A DNA stretch of 60,709 bases, filler included. It is 6 parts of 6 records of this genome, joined end to end, with 100 filler letters (N's around TTAATTAATTAA, not from the genome) between each part and the next. Parts side by side here need not be neighbours in the genome. Positions count along the whole stretch, not along the records: positions 26,303 to 36,703 come from SRR31156797_4642; positions 36,804 to 50,890 come from SRR31156797_4664; 4 more parts are not named here. One strand, 5' to 3'. This document shows, one piece after another, positions 29,073-39,314 of the stretch (the stretch's first letter is position 1; every line of letters starts with the position of its first letter). The position numbers and the translations under genes are program-made. The notes beneath the pieces are model-generated. The model did not search any database. It was given only the letters and a program-made list of their open reading frames with translations, and was not told where the DNA came from.

Positions 29073-29115
29073 ATTTTGTGACGGCTAATTGTGACACTTT
29101 TATGATATAGTTTTA
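29073..29115 (+). promoter_or_regulatory. 43-bp promoter/operator block, copy 2
   Basis: 40/43 identical to 27314-27356. Confidence 0.75.
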
Positions 29116-29189
29116 TTTTGAAAAAATTTGACCTAAAGATTACTATGAACTTTAGGTATTTTAAGAATATTAAAGACAAAGGAATGAAG

Positions 29190-30068
29190 ATGTTAAAAAA
29201 AAATATAGGGTATGTGGGACTACTTGTAATGTTGATTTTATTTACTGGATGCACTCACTATGATATTGAACCAATATATAATAAAGAGAAAAAAACAGTG
29301 ACTATTAATAATGTCGTATTCAATAACTTTTATGGAGGAAGTCATATAGTTGAAGAAGATAGAAAAAGTATTGTATATAAAAAGTACATAGGAAATAGTA
29401 ATCATTGTAATCATATATCTTATACAAAATATACAGCTGCTTCTAGAGTATTATTTAATAATTCCTTTTATAATAAGATATTGTCATTTTATCAAGGTGG
29501 ACAATGTGATATTACTAAAATTGGAAACTTAAATTTTTTAGAATGCAGTATACCAGATAATTCTAGTTTATCATATATTACAAATTATAGAATTACATCA
29601 ACAAGCCCCAAAAGAGGTTATTTAGGAACAACATCTGATATGTCTTTAAATAAGGCTTGTTATATAGATATAAAAGAAAGAACAATTGCATCAGCAGAAA
29701 AAGATGGTGTAGAAATAAAACATTATCTTCATAAAGAAAAACTACCAAAAGATACACAAATATTTAATGGAATTATGATACAAAATTCAGATGGCAATGA
29801 GAATTGTTCTGATTTACAAAATATAAGTCTTTTTTACTCTAAAGACAAAAAGTATGATTTAATAAGAGGTTTTATTAGTTTCCGTAAAAATGGAAACTCT
29901 TTTTTAAATTATTTAAGGGGACATATAAGTAAAAAAGATAGAGACTTTGTTTCATCTGGACTTGTATTTAATGTAGAAACTTTAAATAAAGATGAAATTA
30001 GAGGTAGTTTTAAGAATAAACAATGTAGTGGTACTTTTGTTACAAAATATATCAAAACAATTCAATAG
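29190..30068 (+). CDS. hypothetical Cys-containing lipoprotein
   Basis: Lipobox FTGC; AAAGGA RBS before ATG 29190. Confidence 0.7.
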   Translation: MLKKNIGYVGLLVMLILFTGCTHYDIEPIYNKEKKTVTINNVVFNNFYGGSHIVEEDRKSIVYKKYIGNSNHCNHISYTKYTAASRVLFNNSFYNKILSFYQGGQCDITKIGNLNFLECSIPDNSSLSYITNYRITSTSPKRGYLGTTSDMSLNKACYIDIKERTIASAEKDGVEIKHYLHKEKLPKDTQIFNGIMIQNSDGNENCSDLQNISLFYSKDKKYDLIRGFISFRKNGNSFLNYLRGHISKKDRDFVSSGLVFNVETLNKDEIRGSFKNKQCSGTFVTKYIKTIQ

Positions 30069-30077
30069 GAGATAATA

Positions 30078-31901
30078 ATGTCAACACAATCACATTTACA
30101 ATCATATAATGTAACTATGGAAGATGCTAGAGTTTTTATAATAAACACTTTTACAAATATAGAATTAATATACAATGTTTGTTTAGATATGAGCATTACA
30201 AATGATATGATAGCAGAAATATTTGCTAATGATATTCCTGGTGTTACAGGGGATGATATTCATAGTTTCTTTGAGGCAAATGGATTTGATGCATCAGCAC
30301 TTGACCCATTGATTAGTGCTCACGATAATAAGGGAAATATAAAAGGATTATTAACTTCAGGAGATACTACCGATGATAACTTTATAACATTATCAGGAAG
30401 ATGTGAAGAGGGGTCAATCATAAAAGTTTATAATGGAACAACATTTTTAGGAGAAGCTGATATCACTGGAACATCTTGGAACTATGATGTTAATATAAAA
30501 GATGGGATAACATATCAATTTAATATCACACAAGTTGATAAATTAGGAAATGAAAGTGATCCATCAGAGAACTTTATTCTTACAGGAGATACTATTGCAC
30601 CTAAGATATCAAATGTTAACATCACTTCTGAGAATAATTATGATATAACTAAAGCAAAAGCAGGAGATACTGTAAATATTACATTTTCAACAGATGGAAC
30701 AAATAGAGGGCTACCTATTGTTATGATTATGGGAAACAATGCACAGGTACTTGAAGCTTCAAATGTGAGTGAATATATTGCAAGTTATACGATGGATACC
30801 AATCCCGCTGATACTGATGGAATTGTAACATTTGAGATTAATACAGTAGATGCTGCAGGGAATACTGAAATAGTAACAGAAACAACAGATAATTCTTATA
30901 TTATATATGATGAAACAATACCTACAGTAAATATTGTAAGTAAAGAAATTGAAGTCGCAGATGGAGATATAAGTTATTATTTTACTTTTTCTGAAGGTGT
31001 TACAGGGTTTTCTACAGATGATATAACAGTTACAAATGGGACAAAGGGAGAATTTAAAGCTATCTCTCCTTTAATACATAAGCTAGTTGTAACACCTAAT
31101 TCCAATTTTGAAGGGACTGTTATCGTAGAGGTTAATGAAAATTCTATTCTTGATAGTGTAGGAAATGGTAATGAAATTTCACAAAAAACACAATACGTTG
31201 ATACTATGAGTGAAGTTGAAGTATCAAGTTTTCATAGAACTTCCTCACCATATAAAAGCATTGGACTTATAGTCTCTGAATTTTCAGATGGATATATGGT
31301 GAGTGGTACAGCATCAGTAGTAGGATTCAATGATATTTTAACGGCATTACATCTTGTATATAAACCTGAGCATGGGGGGTGGGCAGATTCTTTAAGGTTT
31401 TATTTTGGTGTAGATTATAATAATTCTACAAATATGATAGAGGATAGAGATTACTATTATTATTCACCTTCTAAATGGGAAGCCTATGGACTTACAGATA
31501 ATAGTAGGTATTATGTAGATAGTTATGGTCGATATGAGGTTCAATATGATATTGCCTTAATAGGTGTAAAAGATCTTATTGCGAAAGAAGTAGGACTCTT
31601 AAGCATAGATCCTGGATATAATGATGGAACAGTATATGCTGAAGCAGTTGGTTATCCATCGGGATCAAAAGGTATGATGAGTGACCATATAAATGTTGAA
31701 GCTCACCCATATTATGATATATATGAATCAAATTATAAAATATTTGGTCCAGGTGCATCAGGGGGGCCTTTATTAGTAGATGATAATATTATTGGTATTA
31801 CATCAGCAGGTACATCTAATAGTACAATATGGGCAGATATTAGTAGTATATATGATGAACTAAGATTAGAGATGCTTCATAATAACTATTTAATAGCTTG
31901 A
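30078..31901 (+). CDS. Ig-like repeat protein with C-terminal trypsin-like serine protease
   Basis: Bacterial Ig motifs (DKLGNES, DAAGNT, FTFSEGVTGF, DSVGNGN); protease triad ILTALH, YDIALI, GASGGPL. Confidence 0.8.
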   Translation: MSTQSHLQSYNVTMEDARVFIINTFTNIELIYNVCLDMSITNDMIAEIFANDIPGVTGDDIHSFFEANGFDASALDPLISAHDNKGNIKGLLTSGDTTDDNFITLSGRCEEGSIIKVYNGTTFLGEADITGTSWNYDVNIKDGITYQFNITQVDKLGNESDPSENFILTGDTIAPKISNVNITSENNYDITKAKAGDTVNITFSTDGTNRGLPIVMIMGNNAQVLEASNVSEYIASYTMDTNPADTDGIVTFEINTVDAAGNTEIVTETTDNSYIIYDETIPTVNIVSKEIEVADGDISYYFTFSEGVTGFSTDDITVTNGTKGEFKAISPLIHKLVVTPNSNFEGTVIVEVNENSILDSVGNGNEISQKTQYVDTMSEVEVSSFHRTSSPYKSIGLIVSEFSDGYMVSGTASVVGFNDILTALHLVYKPEHGGWADSLRFYFGVDYNNSTNMIEDRDYYYYSPSKWEAYGLTDNSRYYVDSYGRYEVQYDIALIGVKDLIAKEVGLLSIDPGYNDGTVYAEAVGYPSGSKGMMSDHINVEAHPYYDIYESNYKIFGPGASGGPLLVDDNIIGITSAGTSNSTIWADISSIYDELRLEMLHNNYLIA

Positions 31902-31913
31902 TTTTATAAAAAC

Positions 31914-32426
31914 TTAATTGTCTAAAGAATGTTTATAAGCTGTTAAAACATTATTATAAATATGTTCGCTCATCTCTTGAGAGATAAAGTTCTCAAAATA
32001 AGAATAAGCATCTTTGTACTCTAATGAAAATTGTTGTTTTAATTCTTCAGTTAGTATTCTATCATTATATATTTCATCATGCATTTTTTGTGCATATACT
32101 TCAGGATTTAAAAGTTCTTTATCTTTTGAGATAAACTCTTCTAAAGACTGAGACATAGCACTAGCTCTAATATGATAATCAAATCTATCTATAAAGTTAT
32201 CATCTGCCCCATGGTGTACTATAATATTATAAAGAGCATTGATAACTGTATTGGTGTCAATTTGAAGGTCTAATTCATCTAACTTAGTATAGGTATCTTC
32301 TATATCTTGTAAAGATAAATAAACTAATCTACTAAGCCCCATATGAAAATATATCTCATACCTTACAAATACATCTATTAAATTATCTCTTTGAAAATAG
32401 TGTTCTAATTGTTTTTTTAAAGTCAT
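31914..32426 (-). CDS. hypothetical protein
   Basis: 170-aa ORF; TGnTACAAT 6 nt before ATG. Confidence 0.7.
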   Translation of the reverse strand: MTLKKQLEHYFQRDNLIDVFVRYEIYFHMGLSRLVYLSLQDIEDTYTKLDELDLQIDTNTVINALYNIIVHHGADDNFIDRFDYHIRASAMSQSLEEFISKDKELLNPEVYAQKMHDEIYNDRILTEELKQQFSLEYKDAYSYFENFISQEMSEHIYNNVLTAYKHSLDN

Positions 32427-32503
32427 AGGTTTATTGTATCAAATTATTCCTCTTATCTCGTAATGTTTATAGTATTCAGAAATATTTGAAACAGATTAAT
32501 AAG

Positions 32504-32588
32504 TGGTACCGCTAGCCGGACTTGAACCGGCAAGACCAAGGTCACCGGATTTTGAATCCGGCGTGTTTACCAATTTCACCATAGCGGC
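32504..32588 (-). tRNA. tRNA-Leu(CAA)
   Basis: GCCGCTA acceptor stem, CCGGA-TTCAAAA-TCCGG anticodon arm, long variable arm, GGTTCAAGTCC, encoded CCA. Confidence 0.97.
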
Positions 32589-32637
32589 ACTTGTCTTAGA
32601 AGAGTGAAAGTGTACATCAAATCTATTTAAACTTTGT

Positions 32638-33201
32638 TTAGTTTAGAAGTGGTTTTTTACTAAATCCTATTTGTTGTTTTTCTAAAAGAAACTCTTTGTA
32701 GTGTTGTTCTATCTCTTCTTTTATATGATAGTTCTTATTCTCATCAAAAAAGTTAAAATATCCAAACTTTTCTATGATATAGTAGTCACATTCATCTAAG
32801 ATATTTTTCCCATTTTGATTAAACATCAGTGTTTTTGTTTTAATTCCATCAATTAGCTTATTTCTGTCATCAAGGCTTTTTACTTCATTTGAGATACTTT
32901 GTAATAACCACTCTCTTTTTTGATAAAGTTCGTCGATTTTTGATTCTTTTGATTTTAGATCTATCTGAAGATGTGATTCCAATAGTTTATCAGCATAATA
33001 TACAAATTTAGAATAGGTAAGATACCCTTTTCTCTTTGATATTTTATCTTTATCTGTAGTAATATCTTCTAAAAGATATTTGAGTTTGTCGTCTTCTATT
33101 TTTTCTATTCTTTTGATAGTAAACTCTTTATGAAAATCTTCATTAAAATCAACCATTTGATTCACTAAGAGTCTATAGAACTCTTGCTGTTTTCTAGTCA
33201 T
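32638..33201 (-). CDS. hypothetical protein, coupled to the DnaT-like gene
   Basis: 187-aa ORF overlapping the upstream gene by 8 nt. Confidence 0.75.
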   Translation of the reverse strand: MTRKQQEFYRLLVNQMVDFNEDFHKEFTIKRIEKIEDDKLKYLLEDITTDKDKISKRKGYLTYSKFVYYADKLLESHLQIDLKSKESKIDELYQKREWLLQSISNEVKSLDDRNKLIDGIKTKTLMFNQNGKNILDECDYYIIEKFGYFNFFDENKNYHIKEEIEQHYKEFLLEKQQIGFSKKPLLN

Positions 33202-34168
33202 TTTCTAATACCTCTGCATCAATTACCTCATTTGTTTTATGAGATAACATAAAGTTTCCATCACTACTATCTATTTTATATAATAGTATCTCTTCTTTAT
33301 TAAAATCTGGATGAACCACTTTTTGCCATCCAATTCCAGGGATCGCTATCCCTTTCCAGTAATAATCATCAAGCCAGTTGATCCCTTTTTCAAACTCCAA
33401 CCAATCTTTTATCTTATCACTGGTATCTTTTGCTTTTTTAAAGTTCCATTTGTATTGTTGTTTCTCTTGCAAAGCAGGGGAGGTGGGTTGTTGTTTTGTA
33501 AATTGTTTTGAGTTGATACACCAGTTTTCCCAAACTCTCTCCCAAGATACTTTCAAATCACCATTTGAAATATAGTGATTTTTAAATTTTGTAAACTCTA
33601 ACTCTATAAGATCTTTTGAGAGATATTTTTTTGCAATAGTTTGAAGCTCTTTTGTTAATTGCATATCTTCATCAATGGTTGTTTTAATCAGATGGTTTTT
33701 ATATTTATTGTTATTAAGGACCCATTTTTTCCACGCTGCTTCCCAATCACTGTTCATAATTCCCTTAGATTGGTAATATAGCTTAAAATTCTCAAATACT
33801 TCTTCTACATTTTGTACGAATTTTGACTTTGCAAACTGTTTTAGCTCATAGGTTAAAGCAAAGTTACTAGGTATTGTTGTTTGCTCAGTTGGAGCTTTTT
33901 TAGGGGTCGGGGTATTTTTAGGTAGATCATTGATAATTACATCATTTGATTTTCCACTACAAAGATCAAACTCACTTGTGCAGATATTATCGTTTGTTGT
34001 TTGTCTAAGTGATATAGAGTTTTGTTCTTTTTTTCTTTTGATAAATTCAAAAAGTTTTTCTGAGATTGAGTGAAATTCTAACTCTAATAGGTGGTTGTCT
34101 TTTCGTAGGTCAAGATCTTCAAGTGCTTTTGAAAATCTTGATGATAGTTCTTTTTTTATCTCATCCAT
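33194..34168 (-). CDS. protein with two tandem DnaT/phage-replication-like helical domains
   Basis: FENFKLYYQSKG...DWEAAWKKWVLN and FTKFKNHYISNG...SWERVWENWCIN. Confidence 0.65.
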   Translation of the reverse strand: MDEIKKELSSRFSKALEDLDLRKDNHLLELEFHSISEKLFEFIKRKKEQNSISLRQTTNDNICTSEFDLCSGKSNDVIINDLPKNTPTPKKAPTEQTTIPSNFALTYELKQFAKSKFVQNVEEVFENFKLYYQSKGIMNSDWEAAWKKWVLNNNKYKNHLIKTTIDEDMQLTKELQTIAKKYLSKDLIELEFTKFKNHYISNGDLKVSWERVWENWCINSKQFTKQQPTSPALQEKQQYKWNFKKAKDTSDKIKDWLEFEKGINWLDDYYWKGIAIPGIGWQKVVHPDFNKEEILLYKIDSSDGNFMLSHKTNEVIDAEVLEND

Positions 34169-34172
34169 TAAA

Positions 34173-34976
34173 CTATTTAAAAAGCTCTGTAGGTGAGTTT
34201 TTTAGTTTTTGCACTTCTGCACCAATATCATTTTGTCTCATAAAATGTTCTCCAATTAAAAAAGCATCTGCTCCAGCTTCACTAAGCTCTTTAATAATAG
34301 CTTGATCACTTACTCCACTCTCAGCTACGATGATCTTCCCATTTGGGATCATAGGGATCAGTTCATGACATAGATTCATATCCATCTCAAATGTTTCAAG
34401 GTTTCTATGATTTATTCCTATGATATGAGCTCCACACGCCATCGCTTTTTTTAGATCCTCTTTATCATGGATCTCTACTAACACTTCAAGTCCTAAATGA
34501 AGTGCATAATCATAAAGCTCTTGAAGCTCATTTTTACTTAATGCTTTTGCAATAAGTAAAATAAAATCAGCTCCATATGCTAAAGCTTCTACGATCTGAT
34601 ATTTATCTACGATAAAATCTTTTCTAAGTAGTGGAGTCTCCACATATCTTCTGATTCCTGTAAGGTACTCTAGATCACCTTTAAAAAAGTGAGGCTCAGT
34701 CAATACTGATATAGCATTTGCTCCATTTTTAGAATACTCTTGAGCGATCGCTAATGGATCAAAGTCTTCTCTTATGATCCCTTTACTAGGACTTGCTTTT
34801 TTTACTTCTGCTATGATTCTAATCGGTTCTTCTTTTGTTGCTGTAAGATAAGGTTTTACATCTCTAGGAGAGTATGGGTTGTAAGACAAACTTCTTCCTA
34901 ACCAATCCATTGAATACTCTTTTTTTCTAATCTCTAGATCTTCTTTTGTTTTTTTGATTATATCATCTAATATCAT
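34173..34976 (-). CDS. trpC: indole-3-glycerol phosphate synthase
   Basis: [30 protein letters not shown]. Confidence 0.97.
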   Translation of the reverse strand: MILDDIIKKTKEDLEIRKKEYSMDWLGRSLSYNPYSPRDVKPYLTATKEEPIRIIAEVKKASPSKGIIREDFDPLAIAQEYSKNGANAISVLTEPHFFKGDLEYLTGIRRYVETPLLRKDFIVDKYQIVEALAYGADFILLIAKALSKNELQELYDYALHLGLEVLVEIHDKEDLKKAMACGAHIIGINHRNLETFEMDMNLCHELIPMIPNGKIIVAESGVSDQAIIKELSEAGADAFLIGEHFMRQNDIGAEVQKLKNSPTELFK

Positions 34977-36263
34977 CTATTTTTTATTCCCTTTACAATC
35001 TTTAATTCTATTCCAATGAAGTTTTATCTCATCATCTTTTGTCCCAGCTCGTAAAACAACCTCAGACATGATCTCATATGCTTTATCACACTCATTGATC
35101 TTATAATATCCCCATGCTAAAGAATCTAAATATGCTAGATTATTTGGAGATTGTTTTAAAGCTTGTTGTATTAAAGCGATCCCTTTTTTGACATCAAGAT
35201 CATAATCTATTAAAAGATATCCATAATAGTTTTGATATGCAGCATTATTGATTCCACTACTAAGAGCAAGTTCAAAATTTGCGATCACATGTTTGAGCAC
35301 TTTTCTTTTATCACTTGCCAGCTCAAATCTATACATTGCTATTTTTCCTAAAAGCTCTGGATCTTTTGTCTCATTGTATATCTCTTTTGTAAGGCTCAAA
35401 GCTTTATCTAGCTGTTTATCTTGATAATAAAGATTGATCAATTTATCTTGGTCTATATTATTATCTTCTAAAAACTTGATCGCTTTTTTGATATCTTTTT
35501 TTTCTAATAGTGAGATGATAAGATTCTCTATCACTTTAATAGCTTGAGGCTGGATTTTACTATCTTTGTATTTATTATACATTCTAGTCAAGATTGAAAG
35601 CATCCCATTAATATTTCCTTGCTCTTGATAGATAAGCATTAGTTTATTACAAATAAGAGGTTTACATGTATTTGTTTGGATATAAGTTTCAAGGTATGCT
35701 AAAGCTTCCTCTTTTTTATCTAAATAGCTATATAAGATATTGACAAGTTGAAGAAGAGTTGTTTCATTTTGCTCCCCTGCATAGGCACTTTCATAATACT
35801 TTACGGCCTCTTCATAGTTTTTTTGTTGATAATAGATATTTGCTACAAGTTCATAGTTTGCTGGTTTTGGAGATTTTTTTAAGATATCTTTTGCCATTTG
35901 TAAAGCTTCTTCATACTTTTGTTGTGAAGCAAGAGCTAAAATATACTCATAGGTATAAAACTCTTTATTAAATTTTACCATTCCCTCTTGTGTAAATTGT
36001 TCTGCTTTTTCAAAGTTTCTTGCTTGAAAACTATTATAGATAGCTTTTTTTAAATAAGTCTCTTCATTAGTTAATTGATAAAGATCATAATAATATAAAA
36101 GACCATTCTCATAATTACGTGTTTTTTCACTATCTAATGCAATTAAAATGGTAAGATCTTCTCTATAATCATGCTGTGGGACTACTAGATTTGTTGTATT
36201 TGTACATCCAATTGAGCTAATGATTAGAATTAAAAAAACTACGATGTGACTATAGCTGGACAT
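34977..36263 (-). CDS. TPR-repeat lipoprotein
   Basis: Lipobox SIGC; NYYGYLLID...YLDSLAWGYYK. Confidence 0.85.
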   Translation of the reverse strand: MSSYSHIVVFLILIISSIGCTNTTNLVVPQHDYREDLTILIALDSEKTRNYENGLLYYYDLYQLTNEETYLKKAIYNSFQARNFEKAEQFTQEGMVKFNKEFYTYEYILALASQQKYEEALQMAKDILKKSPKPANYELVANIYYQQKNYEEAVKYYESAYAGEQNETTLLQLVNILYSYLDKKEEALAYLETYIQTNTCKPLICNKLMLIYQEQGNINGMLSILTRMYNKYKDSKIQPQAIKVIENLIISLLEKKDIKKAIKFLEDNNIDQDKLINLYYQDKQLDKALSLTKEIYNETKDPELLGKIAMYRFELASDKRKVLKHVIANFELALSSGINNAAYQNYYGYLLIDYDLDVKKGIALIQQALKQSPNNLAYLDSLAWGYYKINECDKAYEIMSEVVLRAGTKDDEIKLHWNRIKDCKGNKK

Positions 36264-36613
36264 TCCTCTTTTAGCTCCTCTATATTATTTTTAAAATACT
36301 CCCAAAATGGGAAAGTTCTACATTGATTTGGTCGTGCTTCATAAACACTGCAACATTTTTTTGTCAAATCAAAAAAGATACATGCATAGTTGTCTTTTGA
36401 AAGTTGTCTCTCTTTTATAGAGTATTTATAACCAACTTTTATAAGATAATGTAATCCTAACTCTTCAATAGAGATATTCAGATGATCTGCTAATGTTTTT
36501 ATCTCTTCTTTAGATATCCATATATAACCTGAGTCTCCAATACAACAGTTTCCTTCACATGTTGCACATTTTACTTCGTCAAATTTGTATGGGTAATCTT
36601 TATTTGTTAACAT
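36239..36613 (-). CDS. YkgJ family cysteine-cluster protein
   Basis: CATCEGNCC...CIFFD...CSVYEARPNQCRTFPFW...ECP. Confidence 0.9.
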   Translation of the reverse strand: MLTNKDYPYKFDEVKCATCEGNCCIGDSGYIWISKEEIKTLADHLNISIEELGLHYLIKVGYKYSIKERQLSKDNYACIFFDLTKKCCSVYEARPNQCRTFPFWEYFKNNIEELKEECPAIVTS

Positions 36614-36703
36614 ATTCGCGTATTATACTATATCAATTCTTTGGTGTAACTATGAATTTTCATCTACTAGCGATTTGATTAGTCTAATCTATTAAAAACT
36701 CTT

Positions 36704-36803
36704 NNNNNNNNNNNNNNNNNNNNNNNNNNNNNNNNNNNNNNNNNNNNTTAATTAATTAANNNNNNNNNNNNNNNNNNNNNNNNNNNNNNNNNNNNNNNNN
36801 NNN
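36704..36803. other. artificial contig spacer
   Basis: N44-TTAATTAATTAA-N44. Confidence 0.99.
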
Positions 36804-37604
36804 TAACTCATCCTGAATGGTCTTCATTTGCTGGTTAAGCAAGTATTCTTTTTGCTGCTTATCCAACTCAGTTTTAACTTTGGATTCAATATCCATTTTC
36901 AAGTTAAGCATTTGGATTTCCTGGGTCAAATGCTCCAATAATTTAAGCGATCGCTCATAAACAGAATCTGTTTCAAGTAATTTTTGCTTGTCTTCTGTTT
37001 TTAGGTTGCTGTTAGATGTAATGTAATTAACCAGAAAATCCGGTTTCTCAATATTTTTGATAGCAAAAGCAGCTTCTTGTGGCATGTTTTCATTCATCTC
37101 CACAATTTTAAGTGCTTGATCTTTAATACTGCTAACAATTGCGTCAAACTCCCGACTTTCAATGATAGGATCAGGGCGTAATTGAACTTTACCAACCAGG
37201 TAAGGATCATAAGCGTCGATATGCTCAAGATTGATGCGTTTTTTACCCTGAATGATCACTGAAGTGGTATTGTCAGGCATGTTCAGGATTTTTATCACTT
37301 GGGCAATAGTACCTGTTTTATGTAAATCATCAAAGGCCGGATCTTCAATGCTCATATCTTTTTGAGCAAAAGTTCCTAGCAATCTGTCACCCTCATATAC
37401 ATCTCGAATTAATTTATTTGATTTTTCTCTTCCTACTGTAATTGGAATAATAACTCCCGGAAAAAGTACGGTGTTGCGCAATGGTAAGATAGGAAGCGGG
37501 TTATTATCATCAAATCTTAATTCACTATCTTCATCAGCTGATATAATAGGCACAAATTCAGGCTTTTCATCGCCCTTTGAGAAAAATAAGTCATCCATGT
37601 TCAT
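36804..37604 (-). CDS. lon: Lon protease, N-terminal part (3' truncated)
   Basis: LPILPLRNTVLFPG...QKEYLLNQQMKTIQDEL. Confidence 0.95.
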
Positions 37605-37657
37605 AGTCAATCTACACTAAATTATTTCTATAACTCCTACAATGAGAATGCCAATTG

Positions 37658-38836
37658 TTAAAACTTACGGTATTTGGCTGTTTGCTCGTATATGTGTGTC
37701 AAAATGTCTATTTCAGTTTGGTCAAGTTCTTTGTTGCGTCGCTCCAATACTAGCTTAGCCACCTCAAATGCTTTGTTTAATTTATATTCAGAAAACCCAT
37801 GTGCACCACCCCATGAAAAAGAAGGTATAAAGTTGCGAGGAAAACCAGCTCCGAAAATATTTGCGCTAACACCCACAACTGTACCTGTGTTAAACATGGT
37901 ATTGATACCACACTTAGAATGGTCTCCCATTATTAAACCACAAAACTGCAATCCTGTTTTTTTGAAATTTTCACTTTCAAAATTCCAGATTCGCACTTCT
38001 GCATAGTTGTTTTTTAAGTTAGAGTTATTAGTGTCTGCACCTAAATTACACCATTCCCCAATTACTGAATTGCCCAAAAAACCATCATGGGCTTTATTGC
38101 TATTAGCCTGAAAAACACTATTGTTTATTTCGCCACCTACTTTACAGACCGGACCTAAGGTAGTAGGGCCATAAACTTTGGCTCCCATTTTAAGTACACT
38201 TCCCGGAAGCATGGCAAAAGGTCCGCGAATGACACAATTCTCCATTATTTCTGCATCTTTACCGATGTAAACAGGGCCTCGATCTGCATTTATCGTAGCA
38301 AACTTAACTACTGCTCCTTCCTCAATAAAGACATTCTCTTTACCCGCAATTCTGTTAGTTGGATCGGGGATTTGCGAGGTGCGGCCTTCTGTAAGTAGCT
38401 TATAGTCAGCTATTATTTCATCACCGTTCCACGAGAAGATATGCCATGGAAATACTACTTCTTTGTACTCTTCTGAAAATTGAACTGCTTTGTAGTCTGA
38501 AATATAATTGAGATCAAATTTTGCTGTATTCGTTCTTGCTGCAATGAATTTTTCATTTTGAAGTAAAACTTCCCCTATGTTCAGGCTTTGGATAGCTTGG
38601 ACTAAACTTTTATTTGGCAAACAGCCACCATTAATTATCAGGTTATCAGAAGCAAAGTTTTCCGGATATTTAGCCTGAAGATATGGTTCAGTAATAAATC
38701 CGGCTTCCATTTCAAGTCTATGTGTCCATTTTTCTGCAATGGTTAAAATACCAATGCGTAAATCAGCGACTGGACGTGTATAAGTTAATGGTAATAGGTT
38801 TTTGTGATTGGTATCTAGAAATAGTAGCTTTTCCAT
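37658..38836 (-). CDS. Bacteroidota GlmU-family sugar-nucleotidyltransferase-like hexapeptide protein
   Basis: LLPLTYTRPVADLRIGILTI, NKAHDGFLGNSVIGEWCNLGADTNNSNLKN. Confidence 0.9.
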   Translation of the reverse strand: MEKLLFLDTNHKNLLPLTYTRPVADLRIGILTIAEKWTHRLEMEAGFITEPYLQAKYPENFASDNLIINGGCLPNKSLVQAIQSLNIGEVLLQNEKFIAARTNTAKFDLNYISDYKAVQFSEEYKEVVFPWHIFSWNGDEIIADYKLLTEGRTSQIPDPTNRIAGKENVFIEEGAVVKFATINADRGPVYIGKDAEIMENCVIRGPFAMLPGSVLKMGAKVYGPTTLGPVCKVGGEINNSVFQANSNKAHDGFLGNSVIGEWCNLGADTNNSNLKNNYAEVRIWNFESENFKKTGLQFCGLIMGDHSKCGINTMFNTGTVVGVSANIFGAGFPRNFIPSFSWGGAHGFSEYKLNKAFEVAKLVLERRNKELDQTEIDILTHIYEQTAKYRKF

Positions 38837-38876
38837 TATTCAAAGTTTGAGGATTCTAAGTGATCGTAAAATTACG

Positions 38877-38909
38877 AAAAAAAAAGCTCCGTTGCAGTAA
38901 CGGAGCTTT
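38877..38909 (-). terminator. intrinsic terminator after rpmE
   Basis: AAAGCTCCGTT-N5-AACGGAGCTTT with U-tract on - strand. Confidence 0.85.
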
Positions 38910-38929
38910 GATATCGTATAGAATAGCAA

Positions 38930-39190
38930 TTATTTTTTGCCTTCGTAATGTTTCTTGTAGCGGTTTTTAAATTTATCAACACGACCTGCAGTATCCACAA
39001 GTTTCATTTTACCAGTGTAAAATGGGTGAGATGTGTTTGAAATCTCAACCTTTACCAATGGGTATTTTTCGCCATCGATCTCAATCTCATCTTTTGTGTT
39101 AACAGTTGAACGAGTGATAAAGGTATGTCCGTTTGACATATCTTTGAACGCCACTAGTCTGTAATTGTCTGGATGAATACCTTCTTTCAT
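38930..39190 (-). CDS. rpmE: 50S ribosomal protein L31 type B
   Basis: [11 protein letters not shown]...SHPFYTG...[16 protein letters not shown] (TAnnTTTG) promoter at 39231-39238. Confidence 0.96.
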   Translation of the reverse strand: MKEGIHPDNYRLVAFKDMSNGHTFITRSTVNTKDEIEIDGEKYPLVKVEISNTSHPFYTGKMKLVDTAGRVDKFKNRYKKHYEGKK

Positions 39191-39314
39191 TGCTCTATCT
39201 TTTAAATGTATTTCTTCTTTTTTCGGACTGCAAAAATAATCAGCCATTTTCAATTATCCAAAATATTAATGTGTTTTATTCGATTATTTTTCAGTTGTAT
39301 ATGAATTTTTTACT

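Noticed and set aside
27023-32503. Integrative element at tRNA-Leu
   Set aside because: No integrase and no duplicated tRNA 3' end (att) found by eye; accessory-like content only
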